Positions 1-9,315 of a stretch of DNA of 53,104 nucleotides are shown in pieces; positions within the stretch are counted from its first letter, which is position 1, and every line of letters begins with the position of its first letter. The position numbers and the translations under genes are program-made. Source of the DNA: a virus (Duplodnaviria > Caudoviricetes); IMG/VR virus record IMGVR_UViG_3300027753_000020, positions 1 through 53,104 of that record; one strand, given 5' to 3'. The notes beneath the pieces were generated by a model. That model worked only from the letters and a program-made list of their open reading frames with translations. It ran no database searches and was not told where the DNA came from.

Positions 1-1
1 A

Positions 2-295
2 AGTGATTTTTATCATAGTGTAGTAACGTATGATGGCAATAGAGTAAGAGCATATGTTAATGGTAGATTGCGTCAAACAGATAGTAATTATAATAACGGT
101 ACATTGCAGGATCAGCCTAGCAACTACCCAAAAATAAATGGACGTGATAATCCAAGAACAACGGCTACATCAACAGGAAGTCATGATGTTGCATACTTTG
201 CTGTGTATGATAGACCGTTAGATGATATGGAAGTCCTTCATAATTACCAAGCATGCGCTGAAAGATTTGAACTTCCATACAACCCGTATAATTAG
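2..295 (+). CDS. 5'-truncated LamG/concanavalin A-like domain virion protein (C-terminal part)
   Basis: Frame is open from the window start: SDFYHSVVTYDGNRVRAYVNG...AVYDRPLDDMEV matches the LamG_3 pattern (H-x-x-x-TYDG...YVNG...YDR-x-L). Confidence 0.7.
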   Translation, partial: SDFYHSVVTYDGNRVRAYVNGRLRQTDSNYNNGTLQDQPSNYPKINGRDNPRTTATSTGSHDVAYFAVYDRPLDDMEVLHNYQACAERFELPYNPYN

Positions 296-306
296 GAAAA
301 GAATAA

Positions 307-2265
307 ATGGCAATACTTAAAAGCACAATAATAGACGATATAGGGTACCTATCATTACCTGTGGGCACAGAAGCTCAAAGACTTGCAACAGCTGCAGGTA
401 CACTAGTTTATTTTACTAGTTTAGGCGGAACATCATGGACAGTGCCAAGTGGTGTTGACAGTATTGAAATATTAGTAGTTGGAGGCGGCGGAGGCGGCGG
501 CTCTGACATGGGCGGCGGCGGCGGAGCTGGCGGCGTTATATATGACGGCAATTATCCAACAGTACCAGGACAAAGTATTTCACTTTCAATTGGCGGTGGT
601 GGTGTAGGCGCATCAGCAGGTGTAGGACAAGCAAGAGGTAGTAACGGCGGTGACACTACATTTGGAACTATCACAGCACATGGTGGCGGTGGTGGTGCAA
701 GTGCTCACGATAGATCAACTTCACCAGCAGGTGATGGAGCATCAGGCGGCGGAGCTGCAGGTGGTGCTGTTCCTCCGAGTGGTGGTGCAAACGGTACTAT
801 TAACGATAACGGACTTATTGGTAACGGCGGCTATGGCGGCGGTGCAAGAGGTAGATCAATATATCCAGACGAAGGACATGATGGCTCGTGGGGTTCAGGT
901 TATTGGTATCCAGGCGGCGGCGGTGGTGCCGGCGAACCAGGGTTTTCTTATCCAAGACCACATGGCGGCAAAGGTGCAGAAATTAAAATCACTGGAGAAA
1001 CTATTTTCTTTGGTGGAGGCGGAGGTGGCTCAGGCTACTCAAACATCGGCGGCGATGGCGGCCTAGGTGGCGGAGGTGGCGGTGCAGTTGGAACAACATT
1101 CGGCGGCGTAGGATACAATAACGGAGCCAATGGATCGGGCGGTGGCACAAGTACTTGGGCAAATACACCAGGCGGTAATGCTGGCGCAAACAGTGGTGGC
1201 GGAGGTGGTGGCGGAGCTCACTATAACTCTAACAACTACGGCGGTAACGGCGGGTCGGGTATTATTATTTTAAAATACAACACAACTAACCCAACAGAAG
1301 AAACAGCACAAGGTGCATTAAGAATAAACAGCAGCACTGGCGAACCAGAATTTTATAGTTCAACAGCAGAATGGCAAAGTTTAGCAATACCGTTTAAAGA
1401 AAGATCGCACATTACAACTAACTACATGTTGGGCGGATACAAAAGTTCAAGTGCATGGAACAACGTTAATAGATGTGCTATATCAACAGACACAACAGTT
1501 AATTTAGGCGATAATTCATTAGAACGTTCATTTAACTATCAGTCAGGTGCATGTAGTAAAAACGTAGCATGGGTATTTGGTGCAGGTAACGGACACGCTG
1601 TAACATCAAATTATGTTATAGGATTTAACATGCGTACTGATCAACAGTACACTGGTACATTTGATAGAAACCTAAGTGGCGGCAAATTGCAAGACGGTAC
1701 TGTGTGGAAAGAACATTATATGGCATGGACGTCTGGAAGTGCAGAACTTGACAGATATAACATGCTTACTGAAACACAATCAACTGTAGGCATTGGTGCT
1801 CCTGGCGGATCTACTTCGCAAGCATGGGGTATGAGTTGGGAAAATGAAGGAATGTTTACTAGAAATAACGATGGTACATTGTTTGATTTTACTACTGAAA
1901 CATATGGTACATGGAGTGGAACTTATCCAAGTAATCATCACCAACAAAAATCAATGAATAGTAAACTTAACTATTGCTGGGCAGGTAACGAAGGTGGGTA
2001 TGCAAGTGGAGCAAACTTCCGTAGAACTAACTGGACTACTAGGTCAACAGCAAGCACTTACGCTAAACCAGTAAACGGTGGTGAAGAAAACTTTACAATG
2101 GGTCAAGACCATGCTTACCAGCTAGGTTGCTTTAATGGTGCTCAAAATAATTTAAGTTTCCGTTGGAACTATTATACAGAGTCAGGCTTCCAAGGCGGAA
2201 CATCTATGGAGCCAAAAGGAAAAGCAGGATCAAGTTCGGGATTAGGAGCATGGAGAGATAACTAA
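307..2265 (+). CDS. Glycine-rich domain virion/fibre-associated protein with C-terminal putative beta-propeller
   Basis: 652 aa. WTVPSGV..IEILVVGGGGGG...GGSGIIILKY is the typical phage glycine-rich domain. The C-terminal ~300 aa have kelch-like repeats and are paralogous to the next ORF. Confidence 0.7.
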   Translation: MAILKSTIIDDIGYLSLPVGTEAQRLATAAGTLVYFTSLGGTSWTVPSGVDSIEILVVGGGGGGGSDMGGGGGAGGVIYDGNYPTVPGQSISLSIGGGGVGASAGVGQARGSNGGDTTFGTITAHGGGGGASAHDRSTSPAGDGASGGGAAGGAVPPSGGANGTINDNGLIGNGGYGGGARGRSIYPDEGHDGSWGSGYWYPGGGGGAGEPGFSYPRPHGGKGAEIKITGETIFFGGGGGGSGYSNIGGDGGLGGGGGGAVGTTFGGVGYNNGANGSGGGTSTWANTPGGNAGANSGGGGGGGAHYNSNNYGGNGGSGIIILKYNTTNPTEETAQGALRINSSTGEPEFYSSTAEWQSLAIPFKERSHITTNYMLGGYKSSSAWNNVNRCAISTDTTVNLGDNSLERSFNYQSGACSKNVAWVFGAGNGHAVTSNYVIGFNMRTDQQYTGTFDRNLSGGKLQDGTVWKEHYMAWTSGSAELDRYNMLTETQSTVGIGAPGGSTSQAWGMSWENEGMFTRNNDGTLFDFTTETYGTWSGTYPSNHHQQKSMNSKLNYCWAGNEGGYASGANFRRTNWTTRSTASTYAKPVNGGEENFTMGQDHAYQLGCFNGAQNNLSFRWNYYTESGFQGGTSMEPKGKAGSSSGLGAWRDN

Positions 2266-3296
2266 TGGCTACATTTAAAAATACAAATATTGACGATACT
2301 GGGCACTTAACACTGCCAGGAACTGGTGACGGCGATGCACCGCAGAACGGAGATATACGTTATAATGGTAACTTTGGCAGAGTAGAAGTATATCATGACA
2401 AAGACGGTGCGCAATGGACTAACATGGCTATACCTTTCCTTACTAGACAAATTTTAACAGTAGGATATATACACGGCGGCTATGCAGCTAGTGTTGTTTG
2501 GGATGAAACGAATAAAACATTATTTGCTACAGACACAACACTTGATCTAGCTGGCAAACAAGAAAAAGGCCACAACTACAAAGACAGTATGCACAACAGA
2601 GATTTGTGTTGGACTGTAGGTGGTGCTGCTAATGCTCACTGTGCAAGTTCAAACGGTATTACTTGTTACAATCACAGAACAGAAAATAACTTAACAAGTG
2701 GATACACTAGAACACACACTTGGAGTACCAACAACATTGGTATTATCCAGCAAGGATTAGAAACAGCATGGATAACAGGTGGCGGTAGTAGTCAAATTAG
2801 ACGTTTTAATATGATTACACAAACACTTGGCGCACAACAAGGTAATTCAAATACATCAGGAGGTATTTGGGGCTTACAACACGAAAATTACGGTATTTGG
2901 TGTACTAATAACCAAGGCTTTAAATGGGCATCTGAACAACCTTATACACGTTCAGCAACAGCACCACAAGGTGATAAACACCAACATTGTTTAATGTTCA
3001 AACATGCTAACATGGTAGGCGGACGTGAAGGCAACCCAAGTTCAAACTGGAGAGAAACAAACTTTTATAGTGATACAACGCAAGACGTTATTGGTTCAAA
3101 AGGTTACTATGGCGGCGAAGAAAATATGCTCGCAGGTCAGGATTGGGGCTATGCTGTAGGTTGGTATCAAGGGTCACACGTTGTAAGTAGTGCAAAGTTT
3201 GTATATGCAACAAGATCAAGTGCCACTGGTGGCGCAAGTCTTAATGCTAAAGGAGTTAATGGTCAAAGTTCAGCAACGATGAGCTGGAGAGATTAA
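2265..3296 (+). CDS. Virion-associated protein, paralog of the upstream ORF without the Gly-rich insert
   Basis: 343 aa, TAATG coupling. Shares N-terminus (MATFKNTNIDDTGHLTLP vs MAILKSTIIDDIGYLSLP), AIPF, GGEEN..GQD..Y and a C-terminal WRD. Confidence 0.7.
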   Translation: MATFKNTNIDDTGHLTLPGTGDGDAPQNGDIRYNGNFGRVEVYHDKDGAQWTNMAIPFLTRQILTVGYIHGGYAASVVWDETNKTLFATDTTLDLAGKQEKGHNYKDSMHNRDLCWTVGGAANAHCASSNGITCYNHRTENNLTSGYTRTHTWSTNNIGIIQQGLETAWITGGGSSQIRRFNMITQTLGAQQGNSNTSGGIWGLQHENYGIWCTNNQGFKWASEQPYTRSATAPQGDKHQHCLMFKHANMVGGREGNPSSNWRETNFYSDTTQDVIGSKGYYGGEENMLAGQDWGYAVGWYQGSHVVSSAKFVYATRSSATGGASLNAKGVNGQSSATMSWRD

Positions 3297-3337
3297 CTTG
3301 GTAAATATATACGTATATAACAACCAAGGAGTTTAAT

Positions 3338-4207
3338 ATGACACAAGACGTACAAAATATTGACCGTAGAAAACAGTACATGTCTGATCACAGATATCAC
3401 AGTAAAGTTAATACTGATGTGTCTATGTTAGGTGATACTGAAAAAGATGCAATCAGTTACGCAATTAATAAAGAATGGACTAATCCAAAGTTCAAGTTGA
3501 GATGGTTTGTAGGTCAAGCTCAAATCACACCTTATAGTAAATTAAGACAGTATTTGCTTGAAATCAAATCTAAAGAAGAATCAATTGAAAACATTGAGTA
3601 TGAAATTGCAAAATATGATGTAGAAGTTAGACGTTTTAAGCGTATGGCTGAAGAAGCGCATGATGAATTAGATAGAGAACTAGCTTCAGTAGAATCATGG
3701 AATGCTGAACGTAATCACATTATGTCAAAACGTAGACTACAAGATTGGTATTTAGAAAGACAACACTTGCTTGATCTATTGCAAGAGTTTATTGAAAGCG
3801 ATGAAGCACAATTACCAGATGGTAGCGGCCGCACATATATGGACATTCTAAATACAGACGAAGAAGATATTTACGAAGCAGACTATTGGACCAACAGACT
3901 TGCAAAGCAAGCTGCAACTGATATGATCTTTTATGGTCGTATAGGTACGGGTAATATGGATGCTATTTTAAGTGTAGGTTCAGAACAACAAGCTGAGATA
4001 TTAGCACTGACAATGAATTATAGTACACAATTACAAAGTTATAATTTACAGTTACAATCAGCAGCTGAAGAAAATTTAAAACTAAACGGCAAGGTAGATC
4101 AACACAAAGATCTTTTAGCACCTACTGATAAATACAGTAAGATAGAACAACCGACATCAACAAATGGAGGCCCTGAGGAGACAATAAATGACGTATATAA
4201 TGTTTGA
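3338..4207 (+). CDS. Conserved coiled-coil phage protein, function unknown
   Basis: 289 aa, helical and E/K/Q-rich. AAGGAG SD and GTAAATA late-type motif upstream. Confidence 0.6.
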   Translation: MTQDVQNIDRRKQYMSDHRYHSKVNTDVSMLGDTEKDAISYAINKEWTNPKFKLRWFVGQAQITPYSKLRQYLLEIKSKEESIENIEYEIAKYDVEVRRFKRMAEEAHDELDRELASVESWNAERNHIMSKRRLQDWYLERQHLLDLLQEFIESDEAQLPDGSGRTYMDILNTDEEDIYEADYWTNRLAKQAATDMIFYGRIGTGNMDAILSVGSEQQAEILALTMNYSTQLQSYNLQLQSAAEENLKLNGKVDQHKDLLAPTDKYSKIEQPTSTNGGPEETINDVYNV

Positions 4208-4721
4208 AACAGTAGCAGGCAATGATCCTAGACTTGTACCAGAGATAGAAATGATAGGCAATGACTGGCACTTTACTTTTGCTAGAGTTACAGGCACTCC
4301 TGTAATTGATTGGTTAAACCCTACAACAATTACAAAAGAAATGTTTGATGCAAGAAACTTTACTAACGCACTTGAGGGTGAAGTTGGTATTATGAGATCA
4401 GTAACTGACCCTGCAGACATTATACAGCCAACAAGTTTTGGTGATAACGATTATGAAAAAGTTGCATACAGACTTAATTCAATTGATGAATCAAACACTG
4501 TAGCATTGTTAAAAGCTCAAATGTTAAATTGGGCAGAAAATAACTTTGATGATGATTCAGGTCGTATCCAAATTAGAGCGCAAGTTCCGGGGCTAAGAAC
4601 ATTAAAAGAAACACAAATGTATATGGCTACGTATTTTGAATGGGAGTGTGCATACACACATCAACAAGATAAAGCGCCTCAATTTGAGACTAAGAAATTT
4701 TCTCAAACATTATACGATTAA
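4188..4721 (+). CDS. Hypothetical protein
   Basis: 177 aa, GAGGAG SD upstream, GATAAATA at 4127-4134. Confidence 0.6.
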   Translation: MTYIMFETVAGNDPRLVPEIEMIGNDWHFTFARVTGTPVIDWLNPTTITKEMFDARNFTNALEGEVGIMRSVTDPADIIQPTSFGDNDYEKVAYRLNSIDESNTVALLKAQMLNWAENNFDDDSGRIQIRAQVPGLRTLKETQMYMATYFEWECAYTHQQDKAPQFETKKFSQTLYD

Positions 4722-4725
4722 TCAC

Positions 4726-4754
4726 TTTACTTTTTAATTAAAAGGTGCTATACT
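4726..4754 (+). promoter_or_regulatory. Sigma70-type promoter with extended -10
   Basis: TTTACT (4726-4731), 17 nt spacer, TGcTATACT (-10 at 4749-4754), upstream of the U32 gene. Confidence 0.5.
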
Positions 4755-4780
4755 AAGTATAAAGTATAGTGCCTTTTTTT
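4740..4780 (+). terminator. Rho-independent terminator
   Basis: GGTGCTATACT / AGTATAGTGCC stem (two G-U pairs) followed by T7. Confidence 0.55.
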
Positions 4781-4794
4781 ACGGAAAGAAATAG

Positions 4795-6510
4795 ATGAGA
4801 AAAATTTTTAGTATACCTCTAAATCCTAAGTTATCAAATGAACAGTATGTTGAGTTTGTTAATTTTATTGGTGAATACAAAGATCACATTAAAGATGTGT
4901 ATTTTACATGCAGGATTGCTCCATTTGCACAAGATGCTATGGGCGATATTTTTGTACAAGATGATGATTATCAACTTGCTATAGAACAAGCACTGTTTGT
5001 ACAAAAACAAACAGGTGTTCCAGTAAGTGCTACATTTAATAATATTCAGGTTCCTCCTAGTCAAAAAAATCTAGATACTTTTATAAAGAGCTTTAAACCT
5101 GTTTACGATGCAGGAGTGCGTGTTGCTACTATACCGCATACACATTGGATGGCAACAGGACAAATACAAAAAGCATTTCCTGAATTATACATAAAAAATA
5201 CTATATTACGAGATGTAAGAATAGCATCAGAAATTGTAAGTTTAGCAAATTACGGGTTTGACTATATAAACCTTGATAGAGATCTTATGCGTGATAGAGA
5301 TACGCTATTACGTCTTAAAGAAGCAAAGGTGTGGATTAAAGAAAACTACGGCAAGGACATACACTACAGTCTTTTAGCAAATGAAGGTTGTAAAGGTAGT
5401 TGTCCAATGATGGTCGAGCATTTCGAATACAATAATACTAGAGCAGGACAAGAAGCACAATATTTTAATAATCCTATTAGTAGAGTAAGTTGTCCTAAAT
5501 GGGACGTTGACGATCCTAGTATACATTTAAAGACAGCTAATATAACTCCATGGAGAGAAGATTGGGAAGAATACCTTGATGAATTAGGTATTGATGTATT
5601 TAAAATGCACGGACGCGAAGCGGTTAGTAGACTATACGAAACTATGGATATTGTAAAACGCTGGGCAAATGGCGAAGCATTACTGTATGATAACTTTGAA
5701 CAATATTTAGAAAGCACAAACTTAAAAGATAAGCCCATTGATGCATGGCGTAAAAAAATTAAAAACTGTAAGTTTGATTGTTGGGAATGTCATTTTTGTG
5801 ATGATATTTACAAGATTAAATCTAAAATTGAACATACTGATAAAGTTAAACATGTAGCAGAGAGCATACTAATAAGTGGTGTACCAACAGTAAACACTCG
5901 TATACCTGGGCTTACAAGTCCGCGAGTTCAAACAGTATTAAATCATATTGCAAGTGGTTCTACACATTACATGGAAGTAGGCGTAGCACAAGGAGCAACG
6001 TTCTGTGGTGCAATTAAAGACAACAATTTAAATGCTGTAGCAATTGACAACTGGCAGGAAAACATACAACCTGCTGATCCAAATGCACCTAAGTTACCGC
6101 ATAATGAAAAACAAAACTTTTTAAATAATTTAGAATCTTATAAGCAGGATAATACTGTTGATGTAATTGATAATGATTTATTTGAAGCTGATGTATCACA
6201 GTACAACGGTAAAATAGACATGTTCTTTTATGACGGGCCTCATGATGCAACAAGTACAGAACAAGCCGTACTACATTATAAAGATGTATTTGCACAAGAA
6301 GCTGTATTAATATTTGATGATGCAAATTGGCAAGGAGTTGTCGAAGGCGCACGTAACGGAATAAACAAAGCAGGATTTGAAGTTGCATATGAAAAAATGC
6401 TGTTATGTGATGTAGAAGATTTAGAAAGTTGGTGGAATGGATTGTACATAGTTGTACTTTCTAAACCTAAAGAAGAATTAATATCAATTGAGGAAATAAC
6501 AGAATGGTAA
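4795..6510 (+). CDS. U32-family (peptidase U32-like Fe-S) domain fused to class I SAM methyltransferase (Methyltransf_24-like)
   Basis: N-terminal part: INLDRDL, LANEGCKGSCP, SRVSC, GIDVFKMHGRE, CKFDCWECHFC. C-terminal part: MEVGVAQGATF, FFYDGPH, LIFDDANW. Confidence 0.7.
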   Translation: MRKIFSIPLNPKLSNEQYVEFVNFIGEYKDHIKDVYFTCRIAPFAQDAMGDIFVQDDDYQLAIEQALFVQKQTGVPVSATFNNIQVPPSQKNLDTFIKSFKPVYDAGVRVATIPHTHWMATGQIQKAFPELYIKNTILRDVRIASEIVSLANYGFDYINLDRDLMRDRDTLLRLKEAKVWIKENYGKDIHYSLLANEGCKGSCPMMVEHFEYNNTRAGQEAQYFNNPISRVSCPKWDVDDPSIHLKTANITPWREDWEEYLDELGIDVFKMHGREAVSRLYETMDIVKRWANGEALLYDNFEQYLESTNLKDKPIDAWRKKIKNCKFDCWECHFCDDIYKIKSKIEHTDKVKHVAESILISGVPTVNTRIPGLTSPRVQTVLNHIASGSTHYMEVGVAQGATFCGAIKDNNLNAVAIDNWQENIQPADPNAPKLPHNEKQNFLNNLESYKQDNTVDVIDNDLFEADVSQYNGKIDMFFYDGPHDATSTEQAVLHYKDVFAQEAVLIFDDANWQGVVEGARNGINKAGFEVAYEKMLLCDVEDLESWWNGLYIVVLSKPKEELISIEEITEW

Positions 6511-8012
6511 AAAAGATAGTAATATTTGGCGGTGGAACTAGTGGCTGGCTAACAGCGGCATACCTAACTAATAACTTAATTGATCCTGTTGAAATACAAC
6601 TAATTGAAGATGCATCAAAAGGACCAATTGGAGTTGGAGAAGGCACACAGCCTCTCACAGCCTCTTTTTTATATAAATGTGGAATAGAAGCAAAAGACTG
6701 GATGAAACCTAGTAATGCTTCATTTAAGTATGGGGTAGAATTAACAGGCTGGAACGATGAGCCGTATTTTGTAGATAATGATGTTGTTGACAATGTTCTG
6801 CCTGCGCCGCATTTACCCGTAAGTAAATATTTTGTAGACAAGCCTTACAGTGAATTTGCAAAATGGCACCCAGCATATAGACTAGCAAAAAATAATACAG
6901 CAACTAAGATTGATGACGAAACTGATATTAATTTCAATGTAGGCCTTGATAGTTACGGTGCTGTACATTTTAGTGCTTATGATATCATTGCTACTATTAA
7001 AGACTTAATACTACACAAAATTAATTATGTTAATACTAAAATTACACAAATAGGCAGTGACGTAAATGGTATTACAAAATTAATTGACGAAAACAATAAC
7101 GAGTATACCGGTGATTTGTATATTGATTGTAGTGGATTTCAATCCTTGCTATTAGGAAAAACATTAAAAGAACCTTTTATAAGTTATGACAAATGGTTAA
7201 TAAATGATAGTGCTGTTGCAATGCCAACACAATATACTAATCCTGAAGAAGAATGTTTTCCATATACAAAAGCAACTACAATGAAAGCAGGTTGGCGTTG
7301 GACTATTCCTACATACCATCGTGTTGGCAATGGATATGTATATAGTAGTAAACATATAACTCCAGAGCAAGCAGAAGCAGAGCTACGTGAAGCCATTGGA
7401 GAATATGATGCTCCTGCTAATCATTTAAAAATGCGTATAGGATCACATCAAAATATTGCTGTAAAAAATGTTATTGCTGTTGGACTAAGCGCAGGATTTG
7501 TCGAACCGTTAGAAGCAACAGGCATTACATTTACAACAGCATTAGTTAGTTCTTTTACTGACTTAATGAATCGTTCACGTAATGACTGGTCTGAACAACC
7601 GCAAGCAATGCTAAATCGAGGCTTCTATGAAATGAATATAGAAATCTTAACATTTATATTTGCACATTATTACTTCAGTAATAGAAATGATACTCCGTAT
7701 TGGCAAGAGATAAGATCACAAAGTTTAAATGACTTACCTGATGATGCACAAATGATGATGAGTCAATATTATCCTAACATACCAGAATTTGTATTTTTTA
7801 GTCCTGGTAGTATGTTTAGTAGTGTACAATGGTGGTCAATGTTGCATGCCGGCGGAGCATATCCAAATGCAAAATCTACTCTTACTGATAAACAAAAAGA
7901 CTATGTAGAACACTTTATGAAAGTACAGGATTTACGTGTTGAAAGTTCAAAAGAATTATTTGGCAATCATTATAAATTTTTAGATAAGTGGTACAGTGAA
8001 TGGAAAGAGTAA
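6504..8012 (+). CDS. Flavin-dependent tryptophan halogenase family protein (PrnA/RebH-like)
   Basis: GGGTSGW (GxGxxG), IGVGEGT, ASFKYG (catalytic Lys position), YIDCSGF, GWRWTIP (WxWxIP), GFVEPLEATG. Confidence 0.9.
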   Translation: MVKKIVIFGGGTSGWLTAAYLTNNLIDPVEIQLIEDASKGPIGVGEGTQPLTASFLYKCGIEAKDWMKPSNASFKYGVELTGWNDEPYFVDNDVVDNVLPAPHLPVSKYFVDKPYSEFAKWHPAYRLAKNNTATKIDDETDINFNVGLDSYGAVHFSAYDIIATIKDLILHKINYVNTKITQIGSDVNGITKLIDENNNEYTGDLYIDCSGFQSLLLGKTLKEPFISYDKWLINDSAVAMPTQYTNPEEECFPYTKATTMKAGWRWTIPTYHRVGNGYVYSSKHITPEQAEAELREAIGEYDAPANHLKMRIGSHQNIAVKNVIAVGLSAGFVEPLEATGITFTTALVSSFTDLMNRSRNDWSEQPQAMLNRGFYEMNIEILTFIFAHYYFSNRNDTPYWQEIRSQSLNDLPDDAQMMMSQYYPNIPEFVFFSPGSMFSSVQWWSMLHAGGAYPNAKSTLTDKQKDYVEHFMKVQDLRVESSKELFGNHYKFLDKWYSEWKE

Positions 8013-8575
8013 ACCTTTTCCGCTCTGACTTCTTTGTAGGCAGAGTAGGCAATGAAAATCAGATAGCTGATCTTAATAAACAGATGTTAGTATCACAAGA
8101 GTCTAATGCTGGTGCAATTGCTAATAGCAACGACGGATGTTGGCGAAGTACAGTTAAGTATGACAACATAGATTGGCTTTTAGATGGAGTTAAGATATTA
8201 ACAGAGAATGCAATAGACTACTATTCATCTTTAGATTCAACGTTTAAGAACCATATAACTAAGAATCATATTAGTATTGACTACTGGTCAAACATTAATA
8301 AACCTGCAAGTAGAAATGTGTTGCATAGTCATGTAGCAGATACTTTTGCCGCTGTTTATTATGTACAAGGTTCTAAGACAGGTCCTTTAAAATTTATAAA
8401 TCCTGCAAATGTACTAAATGATTGCAATTCAGTAAGTCCGTTTGTACGTGAAGTATTAGTTCATCCACATGATGGAGAATTAATATTATGGCCTGCATGG
8501 GTTCCTCATGAAGTCGAAGTAAATAAATCAAACAGAGATAGAATGAATATAGCATTTACAATACAGGTATCTTGA
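8000..8575 (+). CDS. 2OG-Fe(II) oxygenase (TIGR02466-like)
   Basis: WSNIN...HSH...AAVYYV...ILWPAWVPHEV...RMNIAF. Confidence 0.8.
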   Translation: MERVNLFRSDFFVGRVGNENQIADLNKQMLVSQESNAGAIANSNDGCWRSTVKYDNIDWLLDGVKILTENAIDYYSSLDSTFKNHITKNHISIDYWSNINKPASRNVLHSHVADTFAAVYYVQGSKTGPLKFINPANVLNDCNSVSPFVREVLVHPHDGELILWPAWVPHEVEVNKSNRDRMNIAFTIQVS

Positions 8576-9315
8576 TGTTTAAAAAGCAAGAAAAAATAGA
8601 ATTTTTTAGTAAGATTGACGGGGTAGCAGACGCTTACCCTATTATTCCTGCTAATAAATTTAGGCCAAAATGGATGTCTCGTTGTAAACAAAATTACATT
8701 GATAATAAAGATAGAAACTTGCCAAGTCATTTATATCAATGCCCGGGCATATTTGATCTATACAATTATGGATTTATATTACCTTTATGGCACGATGTAA
8801 TAATTAAGACACAAGGCGGACAGCCAGGATTTCAATATGTTAATCCAAGCGAAACATTATCTAAATTACTTGAAGGTGATCCTGTTACTAGTCAACCACC
8901 AGATATATCTAGATGGTTACCAAAAAGACCTCATAGCATTGAAGCTATAGTAAAATTTAATACTCCGTGGCATGTAGTTACTCCTAAGAATGTTAAATTG
9001 TTAATTACACCAATTGCATATCCGGATACTTTTGAATTCGAATCTTCTATAGGCGTACTTGATCCTGCAATTAATACAGAATTAAATATACAAGGATTTT
9101 GGAATGTTCCAAATGGTGAACGGAAGTTATCGGCAGGAACTCCAATAGCACATATTATACCGTTGACAGAGCAAAAGTATGATCATATAATAAGAGAAAT
9201 GACTCAAGAAGATTGGAAGTTTTTTAAAAAACGTTTGTTCTGGGGAACACATTCTTTTAAACATAAAAAGTCTTTAATGAAAGACATGTATAAAAAGCAT
9301 TTTAGGAGAGAATAA
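8575..9315 (+). CDS. Conserved CPG/GTP-motif protein (possibly dUTPase-like beta fold), paralog 1
   Basis: QCPGI...GFILPLW...KFNTPW...G.LD...AGTPIAHIIP. ATG at 8575 overlaps the upstream TGA. Confidence 0.55.
   Translation: MFKKQEKIEFFSKIDGVADAYPIIPANKFRPKWMSRCKQNYIDNKDRNLPSHLYQCPGIFDLYNYGFILPLWHDVIIKTQGGQPGFQYVNPSETLSKLLEGDPVTSQPPDISRWLPKRPHSIEAIVKFNTPWHVVTPKNVKLLITPIAYPDTFEFESSIGVLDPAINTELNIQGFWNVPNGERKLSAGTPIAHIIPLTEQKYDHIIREMTQEDWKFFKKRLFWGTHSFKHKKSLMKDMYKKHFRRE

Noticed and set aside
650-1066. 138-aa alternate-frame ORF, and the many 60-150 aa antisense ORFs in the track (e.g. 18371-18784, 28567-29004, 31970-32425, 47599-48039)
   Set aside because: They lie within or opposite well-supported genes and lack motifs or SD. 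They are expected shadows of codon bias.
481-1260. GGC/GGT/GGA-rich repetitive DNA
   Set aside because: Explained by glycine codons of ORF 307; there is no constant repeat-spacer period, so it is not CRISPR or a satellite.
4795-5850. Calling the U32 domain a collagenase/protease, or a radical SAM enzyme
   Set aside because: Characterised U32 members are Fe-S hydroxylases. The Cys motifs sit in U32-type positions (EGC...C, C, K..GR) rather than as an N-terminal radical SAM CxxxCxxC.
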